Source: Nitrososphaeria archaeon
Lineage (GTDB): Archaea; Thermoproteota; Nitrososphaeria; JACIWG01
Length of the DNA stretch: 64,000 nucleotides
Reading direction: 5' to 3'
Assembly: GCA_963752255.1 (NCBI GenBank)
Contig: CAVVXT010000005.1
Coordinates: 32,001 to 96,000, forward strand
In this document: in pieces, positions 33,700-43,495 of the stretch
Layout: the number at the start of each line of letters is the position of its first letter
Position numbering within the stretch: position 1 is the first letter of the stretch
The notes under the pieces: generated by a model
What the model saw: the letters and a program-made list of their open reading frames with translations, nothing else
The model's database searches: none
What the model was told of the DNA's origin: nothing
Program-made: the position numbers and the translations under genes

Positions 33700-34271
33700 C
33701 TACTTCAGTAGTTTTATCGACATAAAAGTCGTCCAAGCTGAAATTATTAACGCTTCAATTAGTTCAGGAACGGCAAAGCCAACCCTTGCAGATAGGACGA
33801 AAAAAACTATTGGCAGTACGAAGATGGCCATGATCGCCGCTATTCCGGCGACAATGCTTACTTTTCTAGTCAAACCTGGTCTTATGCCATAACCTATCAA
33901 AATGAAACCTATAGGAGCTAAGATAAAGTAACCTATAGCAACAGTCGCATGTAGAGCAAGATATTTTTCTGTTAATATGCTAACTAAGCTAGACATATGC
34001 TACTTAGCATTATTGAGACGACTCCTATTTTGATCTGTCTACCCTTATCTAGGTATTGACCGATCCCTAGTGCAAACAGGAAATCTAGTGTGCCCCCAAT
34101 CAAAACGGCGCTATTAAAGATAGTTGATTCTTTGCTAATCCCCAAATCGCTCAAAGCATTCGTATCCCATCTAAACCAGCCTGATATGAAAGTGGCGGTT
34201 AAAATCATAATTAAAGGCAGAACAGAGCCTATAATTCCGAATAACCCTGCAAACTTCAGACTTATAGACAT
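33700..34271 (-). CDS. DUF998-like membrane protein (frameshift near 33985)
   Basis: WFRWDTNALSDLG in 33984..34352, continues in 33700..33996; paralogue of 6938..7495. Confidence 0.75.
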
Positions 34272-34385
34272 GTTTCCTTTTGGTTTTGCGCTCACTTTGG
34301 CTCCTCGATAAACTGTTTTCCTAATAGCAATATAATCTTTAGCTAGTCTCACTACTGATTCTCTTATAGTAGTTTGAAATTAACC

Positions 34386-34850
34386 CTACGTACCGATACG
34401 TAGACTTAAGGTCCTAGCAAATTCTTCTGCTTTCTTTAAGTCACTTTCATTTGGTCTTCCTCTACTTATTCCACCAATGAATTTTAGAAAGCCGTTCGTG
34501 TCGAACCCTCTACAACAGAATTCGCCTATAATGTTAAAACCTTTATCCTCTAAGCTCTTTCTAAGAGCTTTATGCCCGCTAGGGCAAGATAAAGCTTCCT
34601 CTTGTAGAAAAAATGAATACGTTTTTCCCTACAGGCTGCATCTTCTCAATGAGCTCAAACAATGTTATGTCATGTTTACCGTAATAGATCCCAGAACCAA
34701 AGCCTATGAAATCATATTCCAAAAGAGAATTTACATCTACTCCGTCTGGTTTCTAGTTCTCCGCCCATAATCCTTGCTATAACGTCAGCAACACTTCTTT
34801 GTGTTACCATGGTGGTATGAACTGCAGATCACTAGAGTCTTCAAAATCAC
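34386..34850 (-). pseudogene. Flavodoxin family protein, multiple frameshifts
   Basis: Manual reading: KTLVICSSYHHGNTKK / FGSGIYYGKH / GEFCCRGFDT..GRPNESDLKKAEEFA. Confidence 0.75.
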
Positions 34851-34914
34851 TTTCTACTTACGATATCTTACTGTAGTCATAGTTAAATATAAATTATAAA
34901 GTTGTAAGCGAAAA

Positions 34915-35448
34915 TCAACGTTGTTGTTTGTTTACGACTAAGAGATCACCCAAATTTTCCCCTATCTTCTGGAATTTCTCCTCTTCTCCTTCTCTTAGAT
35001 GGGCCGATGATCTTCTTGCTTCCTTATCACTTTCTTCCCTTTTTGAGGAAGTATAGATAATTCCTGACGAATAAGGCATAATTATGTTCAACCCTAATTT
35101 CCTCAGTTCCTTTTCGATGTATTTCGCAGCGCTTCCAGCAAAGAAACTGTCTTTTCTAGTATCGAATGCAAAGCCATATTTGTACCTGAGGTTAAGGCTC
35201 TCCAAAGTCTTAAGGAACTCCTTCGTTAGCTCAGAAGAGGTTTGGTAATGTGTTGGTGCACCTAGCGCAATCAGATCATATGATGCTAGGTCCTGATTCC
35301 TAACTTCCCTTATACTGTAGCATATAGTTTCTATCTCATGCTTCCTTATCCCCGCTGCTAACGACTCCGCTATCTTCCGAGTGTTGCCGTATAGTGATTC
35401 ATAGATTATGATTACTTTTACTCTAGGAATCTTCTTTTCTTGAGCCAA
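34915..35448 (-). CDS. Flavodoxin-like protein
   Basis: IYESLYGNTRKIAE, LGAPTH, AFDTR..GSAAK. Confidence 0.9.
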   Translation of the reverse strand: MAQEKKIPRVKVIIIYESLYGNTRKIAESLAAGIRKHEIETICYSIREVRNQDLASYDLIALGAPTHYQTSSELTKEFLKTLESLNLRYKYGFAFDTRKDSFFAGSAAKYIEKELRKLGLNIIMPYSSGIIYTSSKREESDKEARRSSAHLREGEEEKFQKIGENLGDLLVVNKQQR

Positions 35449-35696
35449 CTTTCATCATAGGAAAACATACAATTTAGTATTTAATAATTCACTTTGTATA
35501 CTCCAATCTGCGACCTACTATTTTCTTTGCTATTCCAAATCCGATCCAAGTCTCTCTATTCTAAAAGGGTTATCTAAAATAAAAAAAAGCCCTCCACAAA
35601 AGCAGCATTATAAAACGATAAAAGGTAGGAATAAGCATATTTTACATTTTTTATTACTTAGGTTTTACAGATTACAATACGATTTTATACGTTAGT

Positions 35697-35972
35697 CTAT
35701 TCTAATCTTTTTATTATATGCCAGCCAAATTTGGTTTTGACAGGTTGCGAAATCTGCCCCTTATTTAAAGAGAATGCGGCTACCTCAAACTCTCTAACCA
35801 TCTGTCCTCTACCAAAGGTTCCTAAATCGCCTCCTCTCTTCTTCGATGGGCACATTGACTTCTCTGTTGCAAGCTTTGAAAAGCTCGCACCCTTACTTAA
35901 CTGCTCAGATACTCCCTTCGCTTCCTGTTCCGTCCTCACCAAAATGTGTGCGCAGTGCACTCTATCGGCCAT
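35697..35972 (-). CDS. Parvulin-type peptidyl-prolyl isomerase
   Basis: CAHILV, SMCPSKKRGGDLGTFGRGQMV, VKTKFGWHII. Confidence 0.95.
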   Translation of the reverse strand: MADRVHCAHILVRTEQEAKGVSEQLSKGASFSKLATEKSMCPSKKRGGDLGTFGRGQMVREFEVAAFSLNKGQISQPVKTKFGWHIIKRLE

Positions 35973-36021
35973 ATCTTGATAGTTAGATGTTTATCTTATA
36001 AATCTTAATTTTGTGGCAGAT

Positions 36022-36400
36022 CTATTTTGGTTCGACGGTAAATCCGATCTTTTCTAGAACCTTGATTGCAGAAGGTAGATCTTCTTCTTTGACGAGTATA
36101 TGGTCTGTAGAGTAGGCGGAAACTGTAAAGATACTGGTATTTTGGTCTGCTAGAGTTTTGGAAATTCTTGCCAGGAATCCGACTAATTCAAAGTGCAATG
36201 TCATGTCGAATGATATTATCCTAGAAGTTTCTTTTCATCTCAATCACATCCTCTACGTTAACCTTGGATTGTTCTATGATAACTGTGATTTCATTTCTAT
36301 CTTTAATAGTTGCAAAAGCGTCTCGAAGAATTCCCTTCGACTTTATGATAGCAAACTTCTCCTTCCAAAATTAGCTTCTTAAGCTAATTTTCTTCTACAA
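36022..36400 (-). CDS. ACT-domain protein (frameshifted; start approximate)
   Basis: LVGFLARISKTLA..SIFTVSAYSTDHILVK; upstream frame EKFAIIKSK..AFATIKDRNEITVII. Confidence 0.75.
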
Positions 36401-36511
36401 CATTATAAAGATTGTATTTTATGTTATAATATCTATCGTTTGATTAGTCCTATTTGTTGAACGTTGAACTAAACCTATATAAATGACGTAGCCGATATTC
36501 AATCGTTCTTT

Positions 36512-36961
36512 ATGCCTATACTAAAGGTAGGTTCCAAGTTGCCTGCATTGGAAGGGGTTGACCAGAACGGTAACAAGGTTAACTTTAAGGATCTATATGG
36601 GAAACCCACTATAATCTACTTCTATCCTATGGATAACACGCCAGGATGCACTAAGGAGGCTTGCTCGTTCAGAGACAACAAGAGCATGTTTGAGGGAATA
36701 AACGTCATTGGTGTAAGCGTTCAGAGCGCTGAATCCCATCAAAGGTTCTTCATAAAATATTCTCTGAACTTCACTCTTGTAGCTGATACTGATAAGAAGA
36801 TATCGAAGGCCTTCGGTGTTCTCAAGCTTACCGGACTTGATAGTAGGGTTACGTTCATCTTTGGTAAAGACGGTGTACTAAAATATGTCTATGATAAGGT
36901 TGATCCTGAAGGCCATGCTGAGGAAGTTCTTGTAAAGATAAAGGAACTGGGTCTTATCTAG
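36512..36961 (+). CDS. bcp: Peroxiredoxin BCP/PrxQ
   Basis: YFYPMDNTPGCTKEACSFRD. Confidence 0.92.
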   Translation: MPILKVGSKLPALEGVDQNGNKVNFKDLYGKPTIIYFYPMDNTPGCTKEACSFRDNKSMFEGINVIGVSVQSAESHQRFFIKYSLNFTLVADTDKKISKAFGVLKLTGLDSRVTFIFGKDGVLKYVYDKVDPEGHAEEVLVKIKELGLI

Positions 36962-37098
36962 TAACTTTTATGTGAAATAAAAAGTCTAGAACCTTCGAAA
37001 TAATTGACTATGCTTCTAATGAATTTGTTGATATTCTATCGAAATACGATATGTATAAATTTGTGTGACCATTTTTATTTATACATAGTCTAAACTAG

Positions 37099-37515
37099 AT
37101 GGTGAAACGCCTTTCCGTCATTGATTCCAACAGATGCACGGGTTGTCAGAGCTGTATGTTCGCATGTTCTAGAAGGTTTGGTTCTGGAGGACTAGCTAAT
37201 GCTGCATTACATGTCAAATCAGTTGGTGGCATGGAACATGGTTTTGTGGTTGTTGTATGTAGGGCTTGTGCTAGTCCTCCATGTGCCAAGGTTTGTCCTG
37301 TTGACGCATTATCTGTGAGAACTGGTGGAGGCGTTAGGTTGGACAATTCAAAATGCATAGGTTGTGGCCTTTGCGCAAAATCCTGTCCATATGGTGCAAT
37401 ATTATGGAATGAGGAAGAAAATAAGCCCATAATATGTGTGTATTGTGGATACTGTGCCAACTATTGCCCTCATGACGTTATAGCCCTTGAAGAATTGGAG
37501 GCAAAGACGCTATGA
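37099..37515 (+). CDS. 4Fe-4S dicluster protein (AOR partner)
   Basis: Four Cys clusters CxxCxxCxxxC; overlaps AOR start. Confidence 0.92.
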   Translation: MVKRLSVIDSNRCTGCQSCMFACSRRFGSGGLANAALHVKSVGGMEHGFVVVVCRACASPPCAKVCPVDALSVRTGGGVRLDNSKCIGCGLCAKSCPYGAILWNEEENKPIICVYCGYCANYCPHDVIALEELEAKTL

Positions 37516-39274
37516 TCGAAAAAAATTCCCTCAACAATATATTATATCTGGATCTTACTAGGAAGCGCTTCTGGATCGACGAGCGAAGGGATCTTTTCGA
37601 AGAATATCTGGGCGGTATAGGTGTGGCTTCAAAGCTTCTCATTGGAGAATGCGCCCAAGGGGTGGACCCACTTTCTCCAGAAAAATGTCATAGTGTTTGC
37701 TGTAGGTCCCCTTAATGGTTTGTTCCCCCTCGACATCGAAGACTGTCAGCTGCTTTAAATCTCCTCTTACAAAAAATTATGGAGAAAGTCATGCTGGAGG
37801 AAGGAGCTCCATAGCCATCAGACTCGCGGGCTATGGTGCTATTGTGATAAAAGGTGCAAGTGACTATCCTATCTATATCTCTATTCATGGAAAGAATGTG
37901 AACTTCAGGGATGCTTCGGCGTTGTGGGGTGTTAGAAGTAGCATAACTGTTGGGAGAGTTTTAAGGAATGTTGAAGAAGGTGCGGGCATCCGCACTATTA
38001 TGCGAATAGGTGGAGCTGGAGAAAATCTTGTATCCTATGCTTCTGTTAATACCGAAACCTATCGCCATTTTGGGCGATTAGGTTTAGGAGCTGTGTTTGG
38101 TAGCAAGAAGTTGAAGGCACTCGTGATTTCTGGGAAGACTACGGTTCCTGTATCTGACAAGAGACTTTACAGGGAAGTCTATGATAAGATTTATGATGCT
38201 GCGACAAAATCTCCTGTTATGAAAAAGTATCATGATTTAGGAACTGCTTCGAATATTAATCCATTGAATGTTATGAAGGCTCTACCAACAAAAAATCTTA
38301 AGGAATCTTACTTTGATTCTGCTGAAAGAATTTCTGGCGAATATTTGGCTGAAAAATATCTTGGGCGTCGCACCGCTTGTGCACACTGTCCTGTTGCATG
38401 TATACATCTTGCTGCCTTAAGGGAGCCTTATGCTAATGAACCATACTTTTATAAGACAACCATGACATCATATGATTACGAACTTCTTTATTCGCTTGGA
38501 TCTATGTTAGGTGTTGACGATACAGAGGCTGTCCTTAAGCTCATTAATGAAGTTGAAATATGGGGGCTTGATGCCATGATGGTTGGAACTGTTCTTTCTT
38601 GGATAACCGAAGCCTTCGAAAGAGGAATCATCAACGAAGATCAGACGATGGGACTTAAGGTAAAATGGGGTGTCGACGACGAATATGCTAAGGCAATAAG
38701 GTACATCGTCACACAGCCGAACGACTTCTACAAGATAGCGGCAAAGGGTCTACAGAGTCTAGTGGAACAATATGGTGGAGATAATTTTGCTTTGACTTAT
38801 GGTGGAAATGGAATGCCAGGATACCATACTGGGCCAGCTGCACACCTAACATACATTACTGGTGCCAGACATAGTCATCTTGACAGTGCAGGTTATAGTC
38901 TAGACCAAGAAGGCTTGAAGAAAGGCCTGCCTTCAGTCAAAGAACTGGTAACAGATCTGTATCTTGAAGAATCCTGGAGACAGATCCTATCAAGTCTTGT
39001 TGTTTGCTTTTTTTCACGAGGACTTTACACTCCTCAACTGGTTTCGGAAGCGCTAAAGGTTGCAGGATCAAGCCTATCTGAAGAGGACCTAAACAAGCTC
39101 GGCAAGAAGATTCTCGGGAACAAGAACCATTTCAAGGAACAAGAGGGCTTTAACATGTTAGCCTTAAAGTTTCCGAGAAGGATATTTGATCTACCAACAC
39201 CACATGGTACACTAGATGAACAGCAACTCAAAGAAGCCGTAGCACTCTATTACTCCCTCCTTTATAATACGTGA
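37512..39274 (+). CDS. Tungsten aldehyde:ferredoxin oxidoreductase family (two frameshifts at about 37685-37730)
   Basis: YLGGIG, KSPLT..GESHAGG, GRLGLGAVFGSKKLKA, CAHCPVAC, DYE, GARH. Confidence 0.9.
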
Positions 39275-39440
39275 ACCTTTAGAGAATTAAGCAGCATCAG
39301 ACGATATATTTAGCATGCTTTGATGAAGTAGTCGTGTTGCTGAAAGCGTTGTGTGGATGTAATTACGTACGCCGAAGGAAGTAAGATGTGAGTTTAGAAT
39401 CTTAAATATATGTTGTTATTAACTAATATTGGTGAAGTGA

Positions 39441-39908
39441 ATGTCAACGATATCAAACAGGCCAACGACCGCCTTTATTCTCTCTCTCATAGGTGGTATT
39501 TTTGTTCTACTGGTAGGTCTAGCCTTGGCTGTAATCGGAGCTGCTGTGACTTTCTTTATAGCAGGCATTGGAGGAATATTCGGCTTATGGGGTGTAGTTT
39601 GTGGAATCATAATGATTGTAGGTGGTACTATGATGAATGGCCATCCAAATCAGCATGCTATGTGGGGTACAATCGTGTTGATTTTTTCCATTCTCAGCCT
39701 TGCATCATCAGGAGGGCTAATAATAGGTTTCATCCTTGGTCTAATCGGAGGTGCTTCAGGTATCGCTTGGAGACCACAAATGGTTGAACCCCTGCAAAGG
39801 GTTACGCCCACCCAAACCATGAATCTTCGTATATGCACTAACTGCGGGAACGCTGTCGATACGAATGCACATTTTTGCCCTACCTGTGGTAAAGAATTGC
39901 CTGCATAA
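39441..39908 (+). CDS. Membrane protein with C-terminal zinc ribbon
   Basis: PTTAFILSLIGG, GGLIIGFILGLIGG, CTNCG..FCPTCG. Confidence 0.85.
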   Translation: MSTISNRPTTAFILSLIGGIFVLLVGLALAVIGAAVTFFIAGIGGIFGLWGVVCGIIMIVGGTMMNGHPNQHAMWGTIVLIFSILSLASSGGLIIGFILGLIGGASGIAWRPQMVEPLQRVTPTQTMNLRICTNCGNAVDTNAHFCPTCGKELPA

Positions 39909-40044
39909 TCCTCGATTAAAAGGGATCGCGATCTGTCAGTTTATGGAACATATGTAGCAACCATTTGATTCGTCCTCTTTATCGCATTCTTCTACGACAA
40001 AATTCAAGTTAAACGTGCTTATATATCAAAAAGTTAAATAGAGA

Positions 40045-40815
40045 ATGCGTGATGATATGCTATCATTTTATGCATTCATTTCTTCTTTCGGACTTTATAG
40101 TCTACTAAGGCTGATGGATGTCTGGTCAACCAAACTTTGTGTTGCTCGACTTGATCCTGAACTTCATGAAGTTAATCCGATTGCAGCACCACTGATCAAA
40201 AAAATCGGTTTTAATAAAACTATGATATTAACCTGGATACCTTTTGCTTTAGTCATAGGATTTATCGACGCATTTTTTCTTTACCCAGTGCTTGGAATCA
40301 TAGTATTATGGCTTTTCTTTGGTTTATTCCATCTGATAGCTGCTGCAAACAATATGCAAATCTACTATCAGGTTAAAATCTTTGGTCAAAAAGCAATAGA
40401 AGAAAGTATGAGACGAGTGATAGCTTTGTTGAAACCAATGTCAACTTATCAGAAGGTAATCTTCGTAATAAAGACGAATTTTCTAAATCTTTTCCTTGCT
40501 ATTTACGGAATTACAACTCTAGTTTTATTTTCGTTTTTAATTCCTTCACTGAGCATTTTTATCAGAACCTCTATTCCTGCATTGTTAGTAATTGCGCCTC
40601 CCATAATGGTGCTGGATCTTATCATATTTTTTCCTACACTAGTATTTGGTTCCCTAATTATTTCTATGCGAAGGGTTAGAAAAATCAAAGAACAGGTCAC
40701 AACTAAAAACGAAGGCAATAGTATAACAATTTCATTAGAATTCGCAGAACAAATAATTCAAGAAGCCAGAGAAAAAGGGGCTAATTATGTCCAGCTTCCC
40801 GTTCCTAGTGAGTGA
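40045..40815 (+). CDS. Membrane protein (DUF5658-like N-terminus)
   Basis: DVWST...EVNP motif, several TM helices. Confidence 0.7.
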   Translation: MRDDMLSFYAFISSFGLYSLLRLMDVWSTKLCVARLDPELHEVNPIAAPLIKKIGFNKTMILTWIPFALVIGFIDAFFLYPVLGIIVLWLFFGLFHLIAAANNMQIYYQVKIFGQKAIEESMRRVIALLKPMSTYQKVIFVIKTNFLNLFLAIYGITTLVLFSFLIPSLSIFIRTSIPALLVIAPPIMVLDLIIFFPTLVFGSLIISMRRVRKIKEQVTTKNEGNSITISLEFAEQIIQEAREKGANYVQLPVPSE

Positions 40816-41093
40816 AGGACAAGTTAAGAAAAGAACAACTTATCATCAATCATAACATTGGAAAGTACATCCCTTTTCCCAATTAGTCCTCTTTTTCTTC
40901 GACTACTCCCTCAGCCCTAATTTTAGCATTCAAGAGAATTATACGTAATCTGCAATCTTTAATTTTCGACTAGAATGCGTCAGCAATGATAAGGACAGCC
41001 ATCCTTGTTCTGTTCAAATTAATCTCCCTTAAGTCTTATCAGAACCTAGAATAGAAAAGGATAATTAATGGACATTTCAGCACTTTAACTATA

Positions 41094-41167
41094 GGGCCTG
41101 TAGCTCAGCCAGGTAGAGCATCGGACTTTTAATCCGAGGGTCGAGGGTCCGAATCCCCCCAGGCCCG
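41094..41167 (+). tRNA. tRNA-Lys(UUU), intron-less
   Basis: GGGCCTG/CAGGCCC acceptor, GCTC/GAGC D-stem, TCGGA-CTTTTAA-TCCGA anticodon arm; T-arm has A50.C64 mismatch and C55. Confidence 0.95.
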
Positions 41168-41170
41168 CCT
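41150..41170 (+). repeat. attL core, 21 bp CGAATCCCCCCAGGCCCGCCT
   Basis: Identical to 63686-63706; overlaps tRNA 3' end. Confidence 0.95.
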
Positions 41171-41225
41171 TAATTATTAAGGGTTTATTAACACGATTTG
41201 GTATCCAATATGGTGGTGTGGGGAG

Positions 41226-42626
41226 TTGGTTAGGAGGAGTCCCTATCTGGGGCTTTTTGATGATGTGGAAGTGAGGAGGTGGTTTGAGAATCTGGAACGG
41301 GGCAGTCCCATAACTTCACGAGTGTATAGGAGGAGGCTGGGCTTTTTCTGCGGGCATTATGGTGTTACGCCGAAGGAGCTGGCATCGAAGGATGTTAGGG
41401 AGATTGAGAATATGATCCAGGACTTCTTTTCCTTCTTGGAAGGGAAGGGTAGGGCCCCGGGTCTCCTGTTGAGCTATAAGAAGGCTGTTAGGTCGTGGTG
41501 TGAGTGGAGCGGTAAGCTTCTTCAGAGGAGGATCAAGGTCAAGGATTCGGGCAGGACACCCACATTAGAGGGTGAAGTAATACCTACACAGGAGCAGCTA
41601 CGCCAGACACTTTATTCGGATAGGACGCCGATCAGGACGAGGGTTGTAATCGCGCTCATGGCTTTTTCGGGGCTAAGGTTTCAGAGCATGGGCAACTTTG
41701 ACGGCTCTGACGGTCTAAAGGTTGGCGATATGCCTGAACTTGTTGTCGAGGACGGTAGGGTGACGCTTAAAAGAATCCCAGCCGAGATAATAGTGAGACC
41801 TAACCTGAACAAGGCTAGGCACAGATATGTAACCTTCTTGAACGAAGAAGGCTGTAGGCTCGTCGAGGAGTATCTGAATAGGCGCTTAAATTCTGGTGAG
41901 AAGATAGATCAGGACACGCCAGTGATAGCTACATCGAAGTTTTATGACGCAAGAGGTAAGCCTAGCAGCAAACCGAGTAACGGGAGTGTGAAGTCTATGA
42001 CGAGCGACAAGATAAGGGATAATGTTAGAGAAGCTTTAAGAGACTTAGGATTCAGGTGGCGGCCCTACATATTCAGAAGCTTCTTCGACACACAGCTCAT
42101 GCTCGCTGATAGCAGGGGGAAGATCAGCCACGCCTACCAGCAGTTCTGGATGGGACATAAAGGTGACATGGAGGCGGTATACACTACAAATAAGGGTAGA
42201 TTGTCTGAGGACGTTGTCAAGGATATGAGAGACGCGTACATGAGATGTGATGAATACCTCTCCATAAAGCCAAGTGCAAGACAGGAGGATCCTGAGCTTA
42301 CAACCATAAGAACTATGGTGGAAAGCGGCGTTTTGGACCTATCTAAGTCTACTGTAAGAAACTATCTGATTCAGAAGCTGGGTATACAGGACATGGAGGT
42401 TAAGGTTGCTAGTATGAAGGAGTCAGGATATGCCGAAGATGACGCCAACGTTAGAGTGATCTGTGGTGAGCTGGGCATCGAGCCGATGAAGATCGAAGCA
42501 TTCAAACCCAAGAATAACGACGATCCAAAGAAGGTCGTATGCGAAGATGAACTGGAGCGTTATCTTGCGGAGGGATGGGACGTCCAAACTATGCTGCCGA
42601 GCGGGAAGATATTGATCAGAAAGTAA
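41226..42626 (+). CDS. Tyrosine recombinase/integrase
   Basis: SGLR, NKARH, YIFRSFF (HxxR variant), FWMGH, AVY catalytic pattern; next to attL. Confidence 0.92.
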   Translation: MVRRSPYLGLFDDVEVRRWFENLERGSPITSRVYRRRLGFFCGHYGVTPKELASKDVREIENMIQDFFSFLEGKGRAPGLLLSYKKAVRSWCEWSGKLLQRRIKVKDSGRTPTLEGEVIPTQEQLRQTLYSDRTPIRTRVVIALMAFSGLRFQSMGNFDGSDGLKVGDMPELVVEDGRVTLKRIPAEIIVRPNLNKARHRYVTFLNEEGCRLVEEYLNRRLNSGEKIDQDTPVIATSKFYDARGKPSSKPSNGSVKSMTSDKIRDNVREALRDLGFRWRPYIFRSFFDTQLMLADSRGKISHAYQQFWMGHKGDMEAVYTTNKGRLSEDVVKDMRDAYMRCDEYLSIKPSARQEDPELTTIRTMVESGVLDLSKSTVRNYLIQKLGIQDMEVKVASMKESGYAEDDANVRVICGELGIEPMKIEAFKPKNNDDPKKVVCEDELERYLAEGWDVQTMLPSGKILIRK

Positions 42627-42650
42627 GTTGAGTGAACACTTGAGTTCTAA

Positions 42651-43031
42651 TTAGAGAAGCTTCGAGAGCCTATCAACCAGCGATTCTTTGCGTCTATACA
42701 GTAGAGATTCTATCAGGCTCTTTTGCATATTTATATATTGAACAGCTGGCTCAAGTACCTCCTTCGTAATATTATAATCGATGAACTCGTGCCTTAATGT
42801 TTGAAGCGCGTCCTCCAGCTCCTCGTCATAGATCAGTATTACGTTACCTCTTACTTCACCGTGTTTGTCTGAAGCTAGACTTGGAGCCCACTTCAGCTTC
42901 AGATCGTGGCCCATGCCAACCTTAGCTTTGATCCGCTCAAGCTCCTCCATCAACTTAGACTCCACAGAATTTTTGTCATCGACACTCTTTCGATTTCGTT
43001 TCTGAAGGGCTTGGGAGGACATAGTAATCAT
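42651..43031 (-). CDS. Hypothetical protein, zincin-like (HEFID)
   Basis: HGEV...ILIY...TLRHEFIDY resembles a minimal metallopeptidase fold. Confidence 0.55.
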   Translation of the reverse strand: MITMSSQALQKRNRKSVDDKNSVESKLMEELERIKAKVGMGHDLKLKWAPSLASDKHGEVRGNVILIYDEELEDALQTLRHEFIDYNITKEVLEPAVQYINMQKSLIESLLYRRKESLVDRLSKLL

Positions 43032-43495
43032 CTATCTCGCAAACTAGTATTTTCTAGGGCTGTTGGATCATTCCTTTGATCTGTTGATGGTTCGATGTTT
43101 TTTTTCCAATACCTGCAAGGTGTGAACGATCCTGTTATAGAATAAATTGCTTCCTTGGTTTGTTCTTCATCATGGATGCCGGATAAATGTATTAATTCAT
43201 GTATGGTGGTTTTGTTTATTTCGTCTATGTAGATATCTATTACATTGTCATGATCCAAAGAGCAATCGTAAACGTGACCATCCCCATCTGCCGTTTTTAT
43301 TATAGTCTCTTTAGCGTTTTTACAATGCCAGCAACATTCACAAAGGTCTATGTCAGAGATGTTTCTATAACTAATCAAGCTTTCCAAAAAAACAAAGGCT
43401 TCCCCTGTCTCTCCAATTGCACAACCACTACAATACCTAATATCATGGATTTTGCCATGTGGAAATTCCGATTTAAGAGTAAACTCTAGAGTCAT
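43028..43495 (-). CDS. Cys-rich HExxH protein
   Basis: CSGC, CECCWHC, TTIHELIH..G..DE. Confidence 0.6.
   Translation of the reverse strand: MTLEFTLKSEFPHGKIHDIRYCSGCAIGETGEAFVFLESLISYRNISDIDLCECCWHCKNAKETIIKTADGDGHVYDCSLDHDNVIDIYIDEINKTTIHELIHLSGIHDEEQTKEAIYSITGSFTPCRYWKKNIEPSTDQRNDPTALENTSLRDR

Noticed and set aside
41226-42626. SSV1-type split integrase
   Set aside because: att core lies outside the ORF and the gene is intact, so it is not partitioned on integration
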